Below, piece by piece: positions 60,401-64,000 of a stretch of DNA of 64,000 nucleotides. Origin of the DNA: an uncultured Thermotogae bacterium (GTDB lineage Bacteria > Bipolaricaulota > Bipolaricaulia > UBA7950 > UBA9294); assembly GCA_964558595.1 (NCBI GenBank), contig CAZLER010000008.1, forward strand, positions 830-64,829, read 5' to 3'. The translations under genes were made by a program, and so were the position numbers. The first letter of the stretch is position 1. Each line of letters starts with the position of its first letter. The notes under the pieces are model-generated. The model did no database searches. It saw only the letters and a program-made list of their open reading frames with translations, and was not told the origin of the DNA.

Positions 60401-60681
60401 GGGAGGCGACGGCCGTTGTCGTACCGACCCTGGTGGAACAGTCGATCACGGTTTCGCTGCCCGATGCGGCGGACCACGGGGCGCCGGTCGTGCGTCTGGC
60501 CGTCGTCGCCGGGGAGGTCGCCGGAAGCGGAGGAGCGGCAAGTGGGGCGGCGCTGTCGACGTCCCGGGGGTCCGGCGATCTGCGGCTGAGCGTGGATCTC
60601 GCCGCTGCCGTCGCAGGCGTGTACCACGTATGGATCTCGTGCCCCGACGGCCTCCTGTTCGTGCTGGCCCTGGTCAAGTAA
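57466..60681 (+). CDS. Large secreted multi-domain protein: signal peptide, PKD-type repeats, DUF11-like domains and C-terminal lamin-tail domain (LTD)
   Basis: 1071 aa. Four repeats of the pattern VNVPP.V.AGPD.SV.EGG...L.....DEDG.I...W.D.GAGG.F (PKD-like). C-terminal ISEIAWAGTPSDPEGEWIELVNIGPSPVDLEGWKLT matches the LTD consensus. Confidence 0.6.
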   Translation: MKRFISLCGLVVACLLVVECTVGAADPSFELTTASSAVARGGVAELQLLVRNEAAAPLQGCTALLPLCVGFDQWRSELRIDGGGWEPYPANGMIPLGTLPAATTRTLDVRAFVESGAPAVLEIAGELFDSTGRLAEASTTVNVLPSVDAGADLMVDRGWPVEMTGASASDGDGTIASWTWTDHGAGGAFTDPSAAHPTYTSPERSGLVELTLTVTDADGGAASDSLRVRVNVPPSVEAGPDGSVVEGGHWEFAAATVQDEDGWIVSIAWNDGGAGGRFEPSSTVLHPTYIAPEVPAGGDRDVRLTVSAVDDAGAEGLDTATIRVHDVNVPPTVDVGPDRSVEEGGRLWLCDRAIVGDEDGRIVAYAWSDGGAGGGFEPSASVACPSYLAPRLDGCDDEEIELALRVLDDGGEEAVDTVVVRIVNVNHPPRVEVAGNLHAVEGQSITLAATASDEDGDRLEVLWEQTGGPPAAIASDDGSAAVRFPAPEVDVPQVLGFRVTATDPCGAYDTASVTIEVSPKEEPRPRTPLPSQLLVEIEAFDSDGMPLLPFDTVERGRHVALRMTVTNGGETTIEEIVVMDEEEGEIAWGAVQLDPGQRRVHEVDRQVGGTDRSTWRLVARGIDPHGDQVTAWDEFTLYVEDDSPTLELLLDAEPEQVTVGETVRLRYTLRNLGSARLSGITLRDDRIGRIPLSAAELAPGASCSVDAEIPLTGEPAGGVLLAASASGYTARGKRIEVRGTVQIVVSASVAGGGGEASSWTEPTLRISEIAWAGTPSDPEGEWIELVNIGPSPVDLEGWKLTWRDATSGDEPSDGCILELRGRVEPAGELDRDGGFRFVPTGHGVWSVVDRRWTGGRDRGSSGFFLLERGSDAVVADLPADLVYDRHLELPDAGAAVTLLDPAGHVVDSANATRSPITGWPAGRQVSTATMERIDPREGDHPENWQTNPGVTVRGRDVGGRNVTGTPGGPNAPCLATLTREATAVVVPTLVEQSITVSLPDAADHGAPVVRLAVVAGEVAGSGGAASGAALSTSRGSGDLRLSVDLAAAVAGVYHVWISCPDGLLFVLALVK

Positions 60682-60732
60682 GCTCGGAGCGGACCGTCAA
60701 AAGGGCTCCGCGAACCTGGGGAGGAGGCTCGC

Positions 60733-62202
60733 TTGAGAACGCGCAGCTCCGTCTTGTATTACCTCGGCGTGGTCCTGATCGCGTTCTCGGTGCTTCAGGC
60801 GGTTCCGTTGCTCGTCAGCGCGATCTATCGAGAGGCGATTCCGCTCTTCCCGGTGCGCTACTACGCGATCCCTGCGGCGATGGCACTCGGCCTCGGCAGC
60901 GGGCTGATGATCGCGTTTCGTCCCCGTCCGATGTCGAGTGGAGCAGCGATGGCGATCGGTGCGCTCGGCTGGTTTGTTCTCTCGTTGGTGGGGGCGTTCC
61001 CGTTTTGGCTGGCGTTGGATCTCAGTTTCCTCGACGCGTTCTTCGAAACCGTCAGCGGCTTCACCACCACCGGGATCACGATCCTCACCAAGATCGAGGG
61101 GTTGCCGAAGAGCATCCTGCTGTGGCGGGCGATGACGCAATGGATCGGGGGCCTGGGGATCTTCACCCTGTTCCTGTTCGTCGTTCGCGAGGGTGGGCCG
61201 CGGCATGCGCTGCTCGGGGCGGAGGCCCACAAAGTGCGCTCGGAGCGATTCTCCCCCGGTGTGTTCACGTCGCTACGGATCCTGTGGTCGATCTACGGGG
61301 GACTGACCATGGCCTGCGCGCTGGCACTGTGGGCGGAGGGTTTGGATCCGTTCGACGCGGTCGCGCACGCGCTGACCACCCTGTCGACCGGCGGTTTCTC
61401 GCTGTACGATGACGGGGTAGCGCAGTTCGCGATCGACCATCCCCAGTCGGTGGTCGCCATCGAATACACCTTGATCGTGTTCATGTTGCTGGGGGCGACG
61501 AGCTTCCTGGTGCATTGGGGGTTGATCCGCCGCCGGTGGCGGGCGGTTGGGCGCAACGCTGAGCTGCGCACCTGGGGGATGCTGATGCTCATCGCGGCGA
61601 TCCTGGTCGGCGTGGGGGACCGGGGACGGATCGCGGAGGTCGGCGTCCATCAGTACATTCGGCATACGTTGTTCCAGACGATATCGATCGCCACGAGCAC
61701 GGGGTTCACGATTCGCGATCTATCGTCTTCGTGGTTCTCCCCTTTGGCGACGCAGGTGTTCTTCCTGTTGATGATCGTGGGGGGGTGTGTCGCCTCGACC
61801 GCCGGGGGATTCAAGGTGCAGCGGGTGGCGGTGCTCGGCCGTCTGCTGGGCCGGCAGCTGCGGGGGGCGGTTCGCTCGCCGCGCGTCTCCAATCCGTTGA
61901 CTTTCGATGGACGGATCGTGGCGTCACTGGAGGTGGAGCGGACGGTGGCGATCGCGGTGGCGTGGGCGGGGGCGACGTTTCTGCTGTGGATCCTCACCCT
62001 GCTCCTCTCCGGATTGGAGACCTGGGAGGCGCTGTCGGGCTCGGTGTCCGCGATCAGCAACATCGGGCCGAGTGCCATGGAGCCGGGAGCGTTCCGAAGC
62101 CTCGGAACGGGAGTCAAGCTCTGTTATATTGTGGCGATGGTGGCTGGGCGGCTGGAGATTCTGCCGTTTCTGCTGATCTTCTCACGTCGTGTGTGGAGGT
62201 AG
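60733..62202 (+). CDS. trkH: TrkH/KtrB family potassium uptake transporter
   Basis: TTG start with GGGAGGAGG SD; ~10 TM helices with pore-loop-like ...TGF... segments. Confidence 0.85.
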   Translation: MRTRSSVLYYLGVVLIAFSVLQAVPLLVSAIYREAIPLFPVRYYAIPAAMALGLGSGLMIAFRPRPMSSGAAMAIGALGWFVLSLVGAFPFWLALDLSFLDAFFETVSGFTTTGITILTKIEGLPKSILLWRAMTQWIGGLGIFTLFLFVVREGGPRHALLGAEAHKVRSERFSPGVFTSLRILWSIYGGLTMACALALWAEGLDPFDAVAHALTTLSTGGFSLYDDGVAQFAIDHPQSVVAIEYTLIVFMLLGATSFLVHWGLIRRRWRAVGRNAELRTWGMLMLIAAILVGVGDRGRIAEVGVHQYIRHTLFQTISIATSTGFTIRDLSSSWFSPLATQVFFLLMIVGGCVASTAGGFKVQRVAVLGRLLGRQLRGAVRSPRVSNPLTFDGRIVASLEVERTVAIAVAWAGATFLLWILTLLLSGLETWEALSGSVSAISNIGPSAMEPGAFRSLGTGVKLCYIVAMVAGRLEILPFLLIFSRRVWR

Positions 62203-62210
62203 AAGACGGA

Positions 62211-63038
62211 ATGAGAATTGTCCTGGCGGGCGCAGGGGGGGTCGGGCGACGATTGGCCGCCCGGCTGGCAAGCGATCGTCACGACGTGGTGATCATCGAC
62301 TTGAACCGTGAGCTATGCGATGCCGTCAGTGCGGAGTACGGGGTCGTCGCGATCTGTGGCAACGCCACCGACATCGCGACGCTCGAGGAGGCGGAGATCG
62401 GGCGGGCCGACGTGGCGGCTGCGCTGATGGGGTTGAGCGCCGACAACCTCGCGTTCTCCCTCTTGGCACACGGGGCCGGTGTCGACAGGATCATCGCGCG
62501 GATGCCCAACCCGCGCTACCGGGCGGCCTACGAACGGGCAGGGGTGACCAGCATTCTTGACGCAACCGGGTTGTTTCTCGATCGGCTCGTCCTCGAGATC
62601 GAACGTCCGCCAGTCCATCAGGTTGCGGCGATTGCCGACGGCCAGGGGGCGATCGTGTGGGTTGCCGTGGCCGCCGGGTCGGCGGCCGTCGAGCGGGCGT
62701 TGGACGATCTGCGCCGCGACCGCCGTTTTCCCCGAGGATGCGTCGTCGCGGCGCTTCTGAGGTCGGAATCGGAACGGCTTCTCTTCCCCACCGGCCGCGA
62801 TCGGCTGCTGCCCGGAGACCGGGTGCTCCTCGTTGGAACGATCGACGGCGTGACGCGGGCGTCGGATCTGCTCGGTCAGCGACAGGGGCTGGTGTCGCGG
62901 TTGCTTCACCGGAGGGGGCGGGCTCCACAAGAGGACGAGACATCTCACGCACGTTTGGAGACGGCGGTGGATAGCGAGCCCGAGGCGGAGGAACCGCCCG
63001 ACGAGGCGTTTCGCGACGTCAACGTTCCCGAGGAGTGA
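62211..63038 (+). CDS. trkA: TrkA/KtrA potassium uptake regulatory protein (RCK_N plus RCK_C)
   Basis: ORF 61731..63038 trimmed to ATG 62211; N-terminal Rossmann RIVLAGAGGVGRRLA. Confidence 0.85.
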   Translation: MRIVLAGAGGVGRRLAARLASDRHDVVIIDLNRELCDAVSAEYGVVAICGNATDIATLEEAEIGRADVAAALMGLSADNLAFSLLAHGAGVDRIIARMPNPRYRAAYERAGVTSILDATGLFLDRLVLEIERPPVHQVAAIADGQGAIVWVAVAAGSAAVERALDDLRRDRRFPRGCVVAALLRSESERLLFPTGRDRLLPGDRVLLVGTIDGVTRASDLLGQRQGLVSRLLHRRGRAPQEDETSHARLETAVDSEPEAEEPPDEAFRDVNVPEE

Positions 63039-63044
63039 TCGTGG

Positions 63045-63740
63045 CTATCCCGCCGCTTCCGGGGGAGCCTCGACGATCGTGATGTCGCCGAACACGACCT
63101 GAGCCAGCAGAACCTCCATCGCACGGGTCTCGTACAGAAGCAGCGTCAACTCATCCCGGGAACGATCGGAGAAGCCGGTCTTGTCCCGCAGGAGGGGGCT
63201 GAACAGCAACCCCTGCTGACGGATCGAACCGTCGGGGCGTCGGAGAGCATCGGCAACCGACCAGAAGCCGGTGAGATCCGACCGACTCCGCTTCCCGTCC
63301 ACGATCAGCTCGAATTGGCTGCGGCCGGCCAGGCGAGCCTGCGTCTGCGCCAGCTGCGCTTCGCCGAGGGGGGTATCGCCGTGGATCGGCGTATCGACCC
63401 ACACCGGAGACGATCCGTCGATGCTCGCTTCCAGTTTCCAGCTGCGACCGGACGCGGAACCATCCAACAGGCCGAGCGGAGCGCCCGCTTCGGGGGCTTC
63501 GAGAGAGGCGACCACCGTGCCGTCCGCCTCCGGCTCGGTCAGCCGAATCGACACCGATCCCGAGACGTCGCGGATGGCGCTCCCATCGTAGGCGAACGGA
63601 TCGTCAGCGTTGCCGACGAGCACCGGTGTCGCCGCGCGGATCTGCCACGCATACGATGGGTCGGGAGGGATCCTCGACAACAGCCAGCCGGCGACGAGCA
63701 CCGCCGCGCCCGCAAGCAACCAGATCCACGACTTCGCCAT
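63045..63740 (-). CDS. Hypothetical membrane-anchored protein
   Basis: N-terminal TM (WIWLLAGAAVLVAGWLL); no recognisable domain. Confidence 0.45.
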   Translation of the reverse strand: MAKSWIWLLAGAAVLVAGWLLSRIPPDPSYAWQIRAATPVLVGNADDPFAYDGSAIRDVSGSVSIRLTEPEADGTVVASLEAPEAGAPLGLLDGSASGRSWKLEASIDGSSPVWVDTPIHGDTPLGEAQLAQTQARLAGRSQFELIVDGKRSRSDLTGFWSVADALRRPDGSIRQQGLLFSPLLRDKTGFSDRSRDELTLLLYETRAMEVLLAQVVFGDITIVEAPPEAAG

Positions 63741-63758
63741 GGTGCTCCTCCGCCCTGG

Positions 63759-64000
63759 CTACCGCGACACGGTGAACGGCTCCCGGAATGCCGGTCGTCC
63801 GCCCAGCTCCGCGCGAACGGCGTACCGGCCAGTCGCCAGCGCCGACAGGTCGAGGGTGTACAGACGCCAATCGCCGTCGCCGACGAGGTCCTCAGTGCGC
63901 TCGATCACCGTGCCGTTGGAGGTCACCCATTCGACGTCGAACGTCTCGCGGTCCTCGAGCATGGTGAAGTGCACGACCAGATGCGCGGTCTCATCGGAGC
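63759..64000 (-). CDS. Hypothetical protein, C-terminal fragment (gene likely continues beyond the window end)
   Basis: Open reading frame on the minus strand ending at stop 63759-63761 (...RPAFREPFTVSR*). Confidence 0.35.
   Translation of the reverse strand, partial: SDETAHLVVHFTMLEDRETFDVEWVTSNGTVIERTEDLVGDGDWRLYTLDLSALATGRYAVRAELGGRPAFREPFTVSR

Noticed and set aside
58675-60627. 650 aa minus-strand ORF
   Set aside because: Antisense to the large secreted PKD/LTD protein gene, which has a signal peptide and repeat structure; no features.

Overview
This 64 kb window has about 68% GC and is densely coding, with roughly 57 protein-coding genes on both strands, many overlapping by 1-4 bp in ATGA/GTGA junctions. 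No rRNA or tRNA genes, CRISPR arrays, transposase or integrase genes are recognisable, and the 12 larger intergenic gaps (up to 365 bp) contain no tRNA T-loop-like motifs. Codon usage and gene content suggest a high-GC Gram-positive-like or Chloroflexota/Actinomycetota-type chromosome, but the organism cannot be named from this sequence.

Most of the window is core housekeeping:
- Replication, recombination and repair: rmuC (partial), nth, recG, dnaB, polA, ruvC, mutS.
- Translation and ribosome: rpsB-tsf-pyrH, rplI, def-fmt, prmC, rsmH, mnmG.
- Cell envelope and division: ftsE/ftsX-like pair, murJ, ftsH, plsY, ftsL-ftsI, pgsA, glmM, ispD.
- Central and one-carbon metabolism: gcvH-gcvPA-gcvPB, tpiA, folP.
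- Transport: trkH-trkA.

The non-housekeeping part is a ~11 kb block at 1.6-12.6 kb. It encodes a TrpB-like PLP enzyme (divergent), a hydantoinase/dihydropyrimidinase-type amidohydrolase, a GntR/FCD regulator, an M20 amidohydrolase, a carbamate kinase, two tandem YgeW-type carbamoyltransferases and an unlinked xanthine-dehydrogenase-family molybdopterin subunit. This is a candidate ATP-yielding ureide/purine-type catabolic cluster of unknown substrate.

Other points of interest:
- Recurring promoter architecture TTG(C/T)(C/G)G-N17/18-TAT(A/G)(C/A)T, with apparently leaderless mutS and yloV.
- An FtsE-like ATPase whose ABC signature, D-loop and H-loop are degenerate.
- Ribosomal protein S2 carrying an ~80 aa acidic low-complexity tail.
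- A dcw cluster truncated after ftsI.
- Three large secreted multi-domain proteins (CARDB+CsgG-like; Cu-amine-oxidase-N+DUF2233-like; PKD/DUF11/lamin-tail).
- Several candidate operator-like inverted or direct repeats.

The ORF-track M is sometimes GTG or TTG, and ORF ends include the stop codon. Long antisense ORFs on the strand opposite real genes are GC artefacts and were rejected.
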